The translations under genes were made by a program, and so were the position numbers. The notes beneath the pieces are model-generated. The model was not told where the DNA came from, searched no databases, and saw nothing but the letters and a program-made list of their open reading frames with translations. Shown here one piece after another: positions 23,176 through 32,453 of a stretch of DNA of 38,085 bases (position 1 is its first letter; each line of letters opens with the position of its first letter). Source of the stretch: a virus (taxonomy: Duplodnaviria; Caudoviricetes); the IMG/VR virus record IMGVR_UViG_3300025344_000002, positions 1 to 38,085 of that record; one strand, written 5' to 3'.

Positions 23176-24851
23176 TGGTTGATATTAGGCCAATAACTAC
23201 AGGAATCAAGAATAAAGATTCTTATAGGAACTGGAAGTCTAGAGTTCCTACTTCAGATAGAAAATTATACGTTAAAATCCAAAAAGCTATTGATGAAGCA
23301 GAAGCTAGTCTAGGTAAGCTTACAGAAGACCAGCTTAGACTTACCGCAGAAGCTATTCTTAGGCTTAGGAATGAACAGTTAAAGTTAATATATAAATATG
23401 ACTTTGAGAGATTTGTTAATGAAATATTTACAGGTGTAGACGATTCTAGTTTACAAGATTTCTGTGATACTCCTGATTTCCATATAGAGTTATATAACGC
23501 TTACGAGGAACACGATAGAGTTTGTGGTGTATGCCCTCGTGGACATGGGAAGTCTTCTACAGCAAGGATTTGGATACTTCATAAGATTCTATACAATAAG
23601 TGTAGGTACGTTGTAATGATAGGTTCTTCCGAGGATATGGCAGGTCAAAACCTTCGTTGGATAAGAGACCAACTTGTGGAAAACTCTAAAATTATCGATA
23701 TATACGGTAGTTTATACAATAAAGCTAAATGGGCTGAGACTGAGTTTATTACTAGTACGAAGATTAAGATGGTGGCTAAAGGTGCTGGTCAGAAAATTCG
23801 TGGTATGAATGAAAAAGGTAGACCTGATATAGTTTATATAGATGATTTAGAAGATGACGAGATGGTTACTACCAAAGAACGAAGAGATAAGGTTTCTCTT
23901 TGGTTTAGACAGGCAGTACTTCCAATTATTAGTCAGAAAGCTAAGATAATATACACAGGAACTATCCTTGATGGTGATAGTTTGCTTAAGAACGTTTCAA
24001 AGAATCTAATAAAAGACCATATCAAGTGGAAAGTTCTATTCTATCAGGCAGTAAATGTCGATAGTAATGGGAAAATGTACGCTTTATGGGAAGAAAGAAA
24101 ACCTCTTGAAATACTTCTTATAATCAAGCAGGACGACCCTGAAACTTTCGCTAAAGAGTATCAGAATGACCCTAGAGCAGGTGGTTTGGCTGTATTCCAG
24201 AAACAATGGTATAACCACTATGACGAACGTTCGCTAATAGAGTTTAGGGGTGAATATACTATGAACGCTAATAAGCTTAGTGTAATGTGTCATACTGACT
24301 TCGCTTTATCTGAAAAGAAATCTTCTGATTTTAGCGTAATTATGATTACTGGTATGGATGAGAAAACCAACTTATATGTATTGGATTATCTAAGATGGCG
24401 AACTGCAGACCCATACGATATGTTAAATAAAATGTTTATAATGTGCCAAAAATGGAATACTGACGTTGCAACTATGGAAGTTGTAGCTTTCCAGACAGTA
24501 TTATCTAGAATGTTTGATTATGAGATGGATAGACGTAATATAATAATTAGTATAATAGAACTTACTAGGCCAGCTTCTACTAAGCTTAAAAGGATAAAAT
24601 CGTTAGCATCTCCTATACAAAAAGGGCTAGTTTACTGGTTACATGAACATTCTGATATAGAAGATGAACTTAACGCTGTTACTGCTCTAAAAACAGGTTC
24701 TTATGATGATTGTATAGATTGTTTGGCTGATGCTTGGGAGATTCAAGTAGAGCATGTACAAGATACAAAGAGTGACGAAGCTCCTATAAATACTTACGAG
24801 TGGATGATTGAGAATGACTTATTACCAACTTATGAAGATGAAATGTGTTAA
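23175..24851 (+). CDS. terL: Terminase large subunit
   Basis: Walker A PRGHGKS, Walker B VYIDDLED, KEYQNDP, nuclease motifs TDFA...SDFS and YDDCIDCLA. Confidence 0.95.
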   Translation: MVDIRPITTGIKNKDSYRNWKSRVPTSDRKLYVKIQKAIDEAEASLGKLTEDQLRLTAEAILRLRNEQLKLIYKYDFERFVNEIFTGVDDSSLQDFCDTPDFHIELYNAYEEHDRVCGVCPRGHGKSSTARIWILHKILYNKCRYVVMIGSSEDMAGQNLRWIRDQLVENSKIIDIYGSLYNKAKWAETEFITSTKIKMVAKGAGQKIRGMNEKGRPDIVYIDDLEDDEMVTTKERRDKVSLWFRQAVLPIISQKAKIIYTGTILDGDSLLKNVSKNLIKDHIKWKVLFYQAVNVDSNGKMYALWEERKPLEILLIIKQDDPETFAKEYQNDPRAGGLAVFQKQWYNHYDERSLIEFRGEYTMNANKLSVMCHTDFALSEKKSSDFSVIMITGMDEKTNLYVLDYLRWRTADPYDMLNKMFIMCQKWNTDVATMEVVAFQTVLSRMFDYEMDRRNIIISIIELTRPASTKLKRIKSLASPIQKGLVYWLHEHSDIEDELNAVTALKTGSYDDCIDCLADAWEIQVEHVQDTKSDEAPINTYEWMIENDLLPTYEDEMC

Positions 24852-24913
24852 AGAATTTGACTGATAAACTATAAATGGACTAACATTTTAGTATAACCAA
24901 AAGGAGAATACTC

Positions 24914-26956
24914 ATGGCTAAGAAGCAAAAAACAACTAATAAAGAGATAGAGAATCCTAATATTGCTGGTAGCAAAGGTGTTGATGCACTAGCTATTGAT
25001 AAGGTTACTGGACTGTTTGAGTCTTATAAGAAAATGAGACAATTTGAGCAAGGTGGTAGAACTATAATTATCACTGATAAGTGGAATGAGAGATATAGAT
25101 TATATAACTGTATCCGTAATGAAAGAGACCATAACTATAAAACTGGTATTGCTAAAGTGTTTGCTCCTATTGCTAGAAAACAGATAAATGTTATAGATTC
25201 AGAGATTTCAAACGCTCTTTTTTCTAGAGAAGACTATTTCAAAGTTAAACCTACCGAGGAAACTGAGGAAAGAAGTCTAAAAGATTCACATATAGCTTAC
25301 AAAGTTATTAAAAAACATTCAGATCAAGAGGATTATGTTTCAAACTTCGATATTTCAGCTAAACAGTGTGCTATTTATGGTACTACTTGTGGTGAAGTTA
25401 CTTGGCATGAGGAAAAATATACAGTTAAGCGTAAGAGAATTAATACTAAGCCTTTACTTGATGAGAAATCAGGCGAACCTATGTTTATGGCAAAAGGCGA
25501 TAAGCAAGTTCCTTTACTTCAAAAAGAAATAGTTGTTGTTGATGAAAAAGTTCATATACAGAGACCAACTATTAAAGCTAGGGATATTTTTAGGTTATAT
25601 TTTAACCATTTATCAAATAACCCAATAGATGAAGATATAGTTTATCGTGATAGTATTTCTGCTCAAAGATTACTAGAAATGGCTGATTTAGGTGCTTATT
25701 CAAAGCGAGCAGTAAATAGATTAGTTAAAATGTCACCGGGAAAAAATAGTCGTGATGTTGATGATGGTAACGAGAATGGTAAGTCTTTTTATGATGAAGT
25801 TAGTCAAAGTAACGCTTCTGATAAGATAAACGCTAAATATGAAGTTCTTAGATTTCAAGGTTTGTTTACTACTAGTGATCCTGAGACAGGATTAAAGAAA
25901 CAAGAACAATATTGGATTGATGTTGGAGAAAGAAGCGTTGTTCTTAGAGTTATAAAGAATCCTCTATGGTCTAAAGAAAAAACATTTAGAATTTGTGAAT
26001 ATGACACAATGTATGGTGAAAGCTATGTTGATGGTGTTATCGATGATGGTACTGCTAGCATCCAATATGAGGTTAACGATAAAGAAAACCAATCTCTTGA
26101 TGCTGTGAGTTTTAACTTAAACGCTCCTTGGCTTAAGTCTAGACGTTCTAAGATTAAGAGTTCAGAGATTAATGTTGCTAGAAAACGTGCTAACTATGTT
26201 ATTGAAACAAATGATATGGAAGGTCTTAAAAAGACTAGTGAAAAGGTTGATGTTGGACATATAAGCAACGAGATAACTAGGTTAATAAACTATTCTGATA
26301 GTGCTACTGGTGCAACGAATGTACTTTCTGGACAACCAACAGGAACTAGTGCAGATAGGTCTGGTAAGTCTCTTGGAATACTAGCTCAAGGTGGTAAATC
26401 TCAGTTCAGTAAATTTATAAGAAAATATGAACGTAAGTTTATGTCGCCATTGTTAAGCTTGGCTTGGGATATGAATTATCAGTTTTCTGATGAGCGTATA
26501 ACTATCACTGAGGAAATCGTTGGAGCAGATGAAAAGAAAGAAAATGTTATTTCTCAAATGTCTGTTGCTGAAGTAGTTTCAGATTTATTTATAAGCGTTA
26601 CGGCTGGTTCTGAATACCTTAAAAATAAAGAAATGGTTAATTCCATACTTCAGTTCATATCCATAACAAACGTTCGTGAAGAATGGGCTATGTCGCTAGA
26701 TTCAACGCCTATGCTTACAGAGATAGCAAGGTCTATGCCTTATGATATGAGTGCTTATGTTAATCCTGATAGTGCTATGGCTAAACTGTTAGGCCAGAAC
26801 AGAGAAATACAACAGTTACTACAGCAATATCAAGGTGCTTTAAAATCTCAGAACGATGAAGCTACAAGGCTTCAGAATGAGCTTAAGCAAACAGATAGGT
26901 CTAATATGGCTAACCCTAGCCCTGTAGACAAAATTCAGAGTGCTACTAGTAAATAG
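24914..26956 (+). CDS. Portal protein (podovirus type)
   Basis: 680 aa after terL; AIYGT, IQYEVN...NQSLD and ATGA...LSG motifs; C-terminal coiled coil. Confidence 0.85.
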   Translation: MAKKQKTTNKEIENPNIAGSKGVDALAIDKVTGLFESYKKMRQFEQGGRTIIITDKWNERYRLYNCIRNERDHNYKTGIAKVFAPIARKQINVIDSEISNALFSREDYFKVKPTEETEERSLKDSHIAYKVIKKHSDQEDYVSNFDISAKQCAIYGTTCGEVTWHEEKYTVKRKRINTKPLLDEKSGEPMFMAKGDKQVPLLQKEIVVVDEKVHIQRPTIKARDIFRLYFNHLSNNPIDEDIVYRDSISAQRLLEMADLGAYSKRAVNRLVKMSPGKNSRDVDDGNENGKSFYDEVSQSNASDKINAKYEVLRFQGLFTTSDPETGLKKQEQYWIDVGERSVVLRVIKNPLWSKEKTFRICEYDTMYGESYVDGVIDDGTASIQYEVNDKENQSLDAVSFNLNAPWLKSRRSKIKSSEINVARKRANYVIETNDMEGLKKTSEKVDVGHISNEITRLINYSDSATGATNVLSGQPTGTSADRSGKSLGILAQGGKSQFSKFIRKYERKFMSPLLSLAWDMNYQFSDERITITEEIVGADEKKENVISQMSVAEVVSDLFISVTAGSEYLKNKEMVNSILQFISITNVREEWAMSLDSTPMLTEIARSMPYDMSAYVNPDSAMAKLLGQNREIQQLLQQYQGALKSQNDEATRLQNELKQTDRSNMANPSPVDKIQSATSK

Positions 26957-26968
26957 AAGGAGTTAAAA

Positions 26969-27295
26969 ATGGTAAATGGAGTTGAGGATAAGGAGTTTTT
27001 GGAAGTAGAAGATATTCTTAAGGAGATGGAGGAATCTGATCCTGAAGATATTAAGATAATTACCGAATCGCAAGAAGTTAGACAAACAATCAATACTGAA
27101 GGTTGGACAATCCTTAAAAAAGAAATAGATTTAGAGGTCGAAAGATTGACTGAAAAAATTTCTTTGACATCAAATATGGAGGAATGTTACGGTTGTAGTA
27201 AGTCCAAATCGGGCTTGGAATTTGTTTTTACCGTTATAGGAAACATTCTCGCAGATGGTAGTGATGCTGTTAAGCGAGTACAGGAGTTAAGTTAG
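26969..27295 (+). CDS. Hypothetical protein between portal and scaffold
   Basis: AAGGAG RBS; TEGWTILK motif; 108 aa. Confidence 0.7.
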   Translation: MVNGVEDKEFLEVEDILKEMEESDPEDIKIITESQEVRQTINTEGWTILKKEIDLEVERLTEKISLTSNMEECYGCSKSKSGLEFVFTVIGNILADGSDAVKRVQELS

Positions 27296-27340
27296 TGGAG
27301 TCATATCCATCGAGGTCGCTATCCTCGTTAAACAAGCGTA
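27296..27340 (+). promoter_or_regulatory. Candidate H-type pseudoknot in the scaffold gene leader
   Basis: Stem CGAGG/CCTCG; loop CGCT can pair with AGCG at 27335-27338, just before the AGGAGG RBS. Confidence 0.5.
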
Positions 27341-27354
27341 AATAGGAGGAAAAT

Positions 27355-28179
27355 ATGGCAGGACAAGTAGAAAAATTAGAACAGGTTATGGATAGTATGT
27401 TTAGTTCAGAAGAACAAAAACCAGATGTTAAGGCTAAAAAGCCAGATGTAAAACAACAAGAATCAGGAACTCATCAACCTGAACCTGGGGCTCAAGATGA
27501 TAAAAATGTTGAGTTTCGTATTAAGAAACACCGAGAAGAAAGAGATGAAGCTAGGAATCAAAACCAGCTTCTTCGGGAACAACTAGCTAAAGCTACTGGG
27601 GTTATCGAGACTACTAGTAAGTTTTATTCAGCAGATAATCCTGAAGTTGACCCTACTGAAGATATGACAGAGACCGAAAAAATGTTATACAGTCAGAACC
27701 TACAGTTAAAAGAGGAGCTAAAGGGGCTTACAGACGATTTCAAAGGTGTGAAAAATAATGCGATAAGTAATGAGTTCAAAAGTCGTGAAGATGTTTTTTG
27801 GAAGAATGTAGATGGCGTTGTCAATACACCAGAAAAGAAAGCTGAAGCGAAAGAACTTATTAAAGGTTATCTGAAAGACAGACCTTTGATTGTTGACGAT
27901 GTTATAACTGGTAAGATTAGCTTAAAAGATGTCTTTGAAGCTTCTACTATCGGTACTGATATGGCTATTGTTAATAATGCGAAACAGGATGGATCAAAGT
28001 TTTTTGGAAAAGGTACAGAGGAAACTCCTGCACCTAGAGAAGAACAGGCTCAAGCTAATGATTGGGATACCGCTAAAAGTATTCTTAAAAATCCTGATTC
28101 AGAAAATAAGGGTCAAGCTGTTAAGGCTGGCGTTGGTGAAATTGCTGACGATATACTTAAAAGCATGTCTGACTACTAA
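27355..28179 (+). CDS. Capsid scaffolding protein
   Basis: Charged coiled-coil protein directly before the capsid gene; AGGAGG RBS. Confidence 0.7.
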   Translation: MAGQVEKLEQVMDSMFSSEEQKPDVKAKKPDVKQQESGTHQPEPGAQDDKNVEFRIKKHREERDEARNQNQLLREQLAKATGVIETTSKFYSADNPEVDPTEDMTETEKMLYSQNLQLKEELKGLTDDFKGVKNNAISNEFKSREDVFWKNVDGVVNTPEKKAEAKELIKGYLKDRPLIVDDVITGKISLKDVFEASTIGTDMAIVNNAKQDGSKFFGKGTEETPAPREEQAQANDWDTAKSILKNPDSENKGQAVKAGVGEIADDILKSMSDY

Positions 28180-28232
28180 ACTGAATTAATCCGTAATCAT
28201 CAGACTTAAATAAAAAAAAGGAAGTGATTACA

Positions 28233-29135
28233 ATGGCTACACAGTTGACAACTTACGAATCAACAGCTACGAATAAAAGAGATGTAAACGATTTTGTCGT
28301 TAATATCAGTCCTTCGGATTCACCAATGTACAGCATGATTGCTGAAACTGGTATGACTTCAAGGAAAAAAGAAAATGTTTATGATACTTATGGTGGGGGT
28401 AGCTCCATTAACTCTCTTGCTGAAGGTGATACTTTCACGGATCAAACGATCACAGCGAGAAGCGTTTCTGAAAACTACGCTCAGATTTTCTATAAGGTTA
28501 TTAATATTTCCGATACTCAAGAGGAAGTTGCTAAATACGGAGGAGTAAAATCTGAAGTAGAGTATCAAGTTAAGAAAAAGTTTGTGGAATTAGCTAAGGA
28601 TGTGGAATATTCATTCATGATTGGTACTGCAACTGCTGGTGTTACTGGTACTGGTACTGCTAACGCTAGAAAACTGGGTGGTCTTTTAACTAAGATTACA
28701 ACTAACACAGCTACAGCTTCAGGTGATGCTTCAACAGGTACGGCTTTCGAGGATGAGTTGAATGACTTATTCGAGACAATGTATGGAACTGGAGAAACTC
28801 CCGATACAGTACTTTGTGCTGGTGCAAGAAAGAGATATATCTCAGCATTAACAACTAACGTTACCAGAAATGTTGATGCAGAAAAGAAAATGCAGATTAA
28901 CTCTATAAATGTATACGATTCCGATTTCGGAACTGTAAACATTATCTTGGATAGATATGTTCCTGCAACAAGCCTTTTTGCAATCAAGAAGGAAATGTTC
29001 AGAACAGCGTATCTACGAAGATTTAAGAGAGTTCCACTTGCTAAGACTAGCGATTCTACTAGAATGGTAATAGTCGGTGAGCTTACTCTAGACATCCTTC
29101 AAGAGGGTGCTGGTGGTCAGATCACATTTAGTTAA
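28233..29135 (+). CDS. Major capsid protein (DUF5309/SU10-like)
   Basis: ISPSDSPMYSMI, AEGD, NYAQIF.K.I.ISDT, ELAKDVE, YDSDFG.VNII.DRY and LAKTSD...GELTL motifs; followed by a strong terminator. The ORF track starts at GTG 28224. Confidence 0.88.
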   Translation: MATQLTTYESTATNKRDVNDFVVNISPSDSPMYSMIAETGMTSRKKENVYDTYGGGSSINSLAEGDTFTDQTITARSVSENYAQIFYKVINISDTQEEVAKYGGVKSEVEYQVKKKFVELAKDVEYSFMIGTATAGVTGTGTANARKLGGLLTKITTNTATASGDASTGTAFEDELNDLFETMYGTGETPDTVLCAGARKRYISALTTNVTRNVDAEKKMQINSINVYDSDFGTVNIILDRYVPATSLFAIKKEMFRTAYLRRFKRVPLAKTSDSTRMVIVGELTLDILQEGAGGQITFS

Positions 29136-29156
29136 AAACTTCTTAACTCCAAGTTT

Positions 29157-29184
29157 AGCCCCCTGTTTCGGCAGGGGGTTTTTT
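29157..29184 (+). terminator. Rho-independent terminator after the capsid gene
   Basis: GCCCCCTGT-TTCG-GCAGGGGGT followed by a T-run. Confidence 0.9.
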
Positions 29185-29193
29185 AATGCCCTC

Positions 29194-29222
29194 TTGACTT
29201 TTATTGGCTAGTCTAGTATTTT
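29194..29222 (+). promoter_or_regulatory. Putative sigma70-type promoter for the glycosyltransferase block
   Basis: TTGACT-17 nt-TATTTT right after the terminator; +1 would fall at or near ATG 29229. Confidence 0.5.
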
Positions 29223-29228
29223 GGGATT

Positions 29229-29639
29229 ATGGAAGAAAAATTACCTGAACTTGAAGATGTTGTTGGAGATGCCAAAGAAATAATACAAGAAGAGTTCCGT
29301 GACGAGTCAGACGACTACAAGTTCTATAGTATATATAACGACTTCGCTACACTACTTGAACTTATGAATACAACAGGAATGAGCGAATACGATGCTAAGT
29401 GTTTCCTAGCTAAAAAGATTATAGAAGAATTTTTAAGCGACCCCGATATTCTAGAAATATATAAAGAGAAACAAAAAGACTATATCCATAGTAAAGGCTG
29501 GTCAGCCAATAGAACATTCAGAGAAGAATATTCAATCCCACAAGAAGCTTGGAGCGTATTACCAGTAGAAATTAGGGATAATCAAAAAGTATTGTTGATG
29601 TGGCTAAAAGAGAACGCAAGATGTTTGGTGTTTTCATAA
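29229..29639 (+). CDS. Hypothetical protein after the capsid gene
   Basis: 136-aa ORF; weak RBS, possibly leaderless. Confidence 0.7.
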   Translation: MEEKLPELEDVVGDAKEIIQEEFRDESDDYKFYSIYNDFATLLELMNTTGMSEYDAKCFLAKKIIEEFLSDPDILEIYKEKQKDYIHSKGWSANRTFREEYSIPQEAWSVLPVEIRDNQKVLLMWLKENARCLVFS

Positions 29640-29654
29640 AAGAAGGAGTTAAAT

Positions 29655-30569
29655 ATGGAAGTAGAAAGAGAAGTAATATTATGCGAGAAAGTTCCAGAAT
29701 GGTTTACCGTTCATTTGGTATTACCACACTATAACGGAAAGTATGACATTATCAGAGCCGTTATGAGTATTCAGGATAGAACACAATCTGATTTTATATT
29801 AACCATAATTGATGATTGTTCAAGTAAAGATGATGTTGGTTATCAGTGGATAAGAGGTTTTGCTAAATCCAAACCTATAAATGTAAATTTCGTATTCAAT
29901 AAAAAGAATGTAGGCGTAACACCAAACCTTAACTATGGTTTTCAGATGTATCCTGATTTGGATTGCGTAAGATTAGATGCTGATATTGAGATTCAATCAA
30001 ATGGATGGCTTGGTAAATTAAAAGCTTTTGCTAAGAGTGATAAAAAGATAGGAGTAGTTGCTCCTTTAGTTGTTGATCCTGACTTTGTAACCATAAATTC
30101 AATGGGTCAAAGACTAGTAATAAGTCCTGAAGACTCAGAGTTCATTGGTAAGTTCAATTTTGAGGTTTTCGATAGAATGGGTACTCCAAGGTTCGACCTT
30201 GAGCCAAAGCCTATTGAGGTTGATTCTGTTTTGGGTTGCTGTGCTTATTACAAGCGTGAAGTAATCGATTTGCTTGGTGGAGTAGATGAAGAGTACTTTG
30301 GATGGGTTGAAGACAACGATTTTTGTATTGGTGCTAGATTTAATGGATATGGAATATTTATTCTTCCAGATATAAGTTTTTGCCACCATGAACACGCTAG
30401 TAAACGTGGATATGAAGAAAGAAAGAAGATTTTAGAGAAGTCTGAAGCTAGATTCATAGAAAAATGGGGTTTTAGTTTATATGATCCCGTACCGTATTGG
30501 GATGATATTGTTAAGTTACATAGCGATAACCAGATTATGTGGAGATACAAAAATGACTCCAAAGTTTAG
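29655..30569 (+). CDS. Glycosyltransferase family 2 (GT-A fold)
   Basis: VLPHYN, IIDDCS, NVG...N.G, LDADI (DxD), GGVDEEYFGWVEDNDFC and HHEHAS motifs. Confidence 0.9.
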   Translation: MEVEREVILCEKVPEWFTVHLVLPHYNGKYDIIRAVMSIQDRTQSDFILTIIDDCSSKDDVGYQWIRGFAKSKPINVNFVFNKKNVGVTPNLNYGFQMYPDLDCVRLDADIEIQSNGWLGKLKAFAKSDKKIGVVAPLVVDPDFVTINSMGQRLVISPEDSEFIGKFNFEVFDRMGTPRFDLEPKPIEVDSVLGCCAYYKREVIDLLGGVDEEYFGWVEDNDFCIGARFNGYGIFILPDISFCHHEHASKRGYEERKKILEKSEARFIEKWGFSLYDPVPYWDDIVKLHSDNQIMWRYKNDSKV

Positions 30570-31752
30570 AAAACCAGCTAATATAAGAAAGTTAAAAGTT
30601 TGTGCTTTTATAGTTAACGAAGGGTTTTGTGGACTTTACAGAGTTAGGTTTCCGCTAGAAGCTCTGCAGAACGATGGAATGATTGAATTAAAATGTACAA
30701 CGCAGGGAAATACTCTTGAGATGTTCGAGCTTTGTGCTTGGGCTGACGTTATTCTTTTTCAATATGCTGTTCCATCGATAATACTTCAAAAGGTTCAAGA
30801 CTTAATAATTGAAGAAAAGTTACCAAAAATAGTTTTATGTGATTTCGATGATAACCATTTCGAGACAGCACATAGTAATCCTAACTATAAGAATACTGGA
30901 ACAAAAGATGTCTGGTATGAGAAAAAAGGTAAAAAGACCTATATTTGGAAAGATAAAACTGCTCTTGAAGGTAATCCTGAATCTATAGACTTTGATATTG
31001 AAAGAAATAAAAAAGGTCTTGGTGATATGGCTGAAGGTATTATTTGTTCTGATGCTGTAATAGTCTCTACTGATAGATTAAAACATGCTTTATCTAAGTT
31101 TAACGATAACATCCATGTTTTAAAGAATTGTATTCAGCCTATAGAAATGCCAGGGTTTAATAACTTTAAGAAAAGAGGCCATAAGGACGAGATAGTTATT
31201 GGTTGGCATGGTGGAAGCTCTCATTTTGACGATTTAAAGCGAGTTATTCCTGCTTTTGAAGAGATACAGAGAATATATAAGAAGAAGGTTAAGTTTAGAT
31301 TTTTTGGTGCTTCTAGTTTTGAGATGATGTTTAAGAATCTTAACTATGAAATAATTCCTTGGATAAAACCTAATTTATTCTTTGATAGATTTAGTCAAAA
31401 CCTGTTTGATATTGGAATAATACCTTTAGAGAATAATATCTTCAATAAGGCTAAGTCTAATATTAAGTGGCTAGAGATGTCTTTTTATGGAATACCTGTA
31501 ATATCTGCAAACATTACTCCGTACAAGGATGATATGATTCACAGAGAAACAGGATTGCTGTATGATAGTGTTAAGGATTTAACTTCTAAAATGGTTGAAT
31601 TGATTGAAGACCCTATACTACGAATGAGTTTAGCTACAAACGCACATAATCACGTTAATTCAACTTATAACGTTAATCTAGAGTCTATTAAGTGGTATAA
31701 CTTCTTTTCTGATGTTTTAGAGAACAAGTTACTGAGTTATAAAATAAACTAG
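30553..31752 (+). CDS. Glycosyltransferase, GT-B fold (family 4-like)
   Basis: YRVRFP, DFDD, IGWHGGSSHFDDL and DIGIIPL..N.FNKAKSNIKWLE...GIPVI motifs. Start placed at ATG 30553 after GGAG; the ORF track starts at 30481. Confidence 0.88.
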   Translation: MTPKFRKPANIRKLKVCAFIVNEGFCGLYRVRFPLEALQNDGMIELKCTTQGNTLEMFELCAWADVILFQYAVPSIILQKVQDLIIEEKLPKIVLCDFDDNHFETAHSNPNYKNTGTKDVWYEKKGKKTYIWKDKTALEGNPESIDFDIERNKKGLGDMAEGIICSDAVIVSTDRLKHALSKFNDNIHVLKNCIQPIEMPGFNNFKKRGHKDEIVIGWHGGSSHFDDLKRVIPAFEEIQRIYKKKVKFRFFGASSFEMMFKNLNYEIIPWIKPNLFFDRFSQNLFDIGIIPLENNIFNKAKSNIKWLEMSFYGIPVISANITPYKDDMIHRETGLLYDSVKDLTSKMVELIEDPILRMSLATNAHNHVNSTYNVNLESIKWYNFFSDVLENKLLSYKIN

Positions 31753-31755
31753 ATT

Positions 31756-31785
31756 TTGACATATAAAACATTGGTAATATAGAAT
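31756..31785 (+). promoter_or_regulatory. Putative sigma70-type promoter for the tail and lysis genes
   Basis: TTGACA-18 nt-TAGAAT in the intergenic gap, upstream of an AAGGAG RBS. Confidence 0.6.
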
Positions 31786-31811
31786 TGAAATATAATATCA
31801 AGGAGTAATAT

Positions 31812-32453
31812 ATGACTTTTTCATGGACAAACGCATACGTAAACGAAGCATTAACAAGAGAAACCTTCCTAACTAGCGTTAGAGCTAGGTTCGATGAGGA
31901 CTCACCAGATTGGATTTCAAACCTACAGATAAACCAGCTTATAGAAGATGGCCTAAGAGATATTTCTAGAAGAACAGGATTGTATAAACAGAGTGCTTTG
32001 CAGACAGTAGATGGTTCTGCTTCCTATGTTCTACCTTCAAACTTATCTAAGCTAGATCAAGTTTTATATCAAGATACAGATGGAACTGAAAGGCTTTTGA
32101 TTAGAAGTAATCCTGATGAGGTTTATTCTAACTACGATTCTACTGTTGCAGATTACTATATCAGATACGGTAACACTATTACGATACTTGGAACTCCTGT
32201 TAACGGTAACATTAAAATAACCGGAACTAAGATTCCTGAAGTTCCTGTTGATGATAGTTCTCCTATCGATTTACCAGACCAATACTTAGAATCAATATAT
32301 TCTTGGGTTGAGTGGAAGTACTGGACTAGACGAAGAGTTCCAGATGAAGCTAAACTTGCTAGAGATTTGTATTTTGAGCTTATTAAGGATATAAGTTTTG
32401 ATGTTTCTGAAGAATACGAAATAGGGGTAACTATGTATGGTCAATCCTCTTAG
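31812..32453 (+). CDS. Head-tail adaptor protein
   Basis: 213 aa; VRARFDE, YVLPS and PIDLPDQY pattern; precedes the nozzle-like gene. Confidence 0.65.
   Translation: MTFSWTNAYVNEALTRETFLTSVRARFDEDSPDWISNLQINQLIEDGLRDISRRTGLYKQSALQTVDGSASYVLPSNLSKLDQVLYQDTDGTERLLIRSNPDEVYSNYDSTVADYYIRYGNTITILGTPVNGNIKITGTKIPEVPVDDSSPIDLPDQYLESIYSWVEWKYWTRRRVPDEAKLARDLYFELIKDISFDVSEEYEIGVTMYGQSS

Noticed and set aside
24857-24900. Promoter upstream of the portal gene
   Set aside because: TTGACT is present but no acceptable -10 lies at 16-18 nt spacing.
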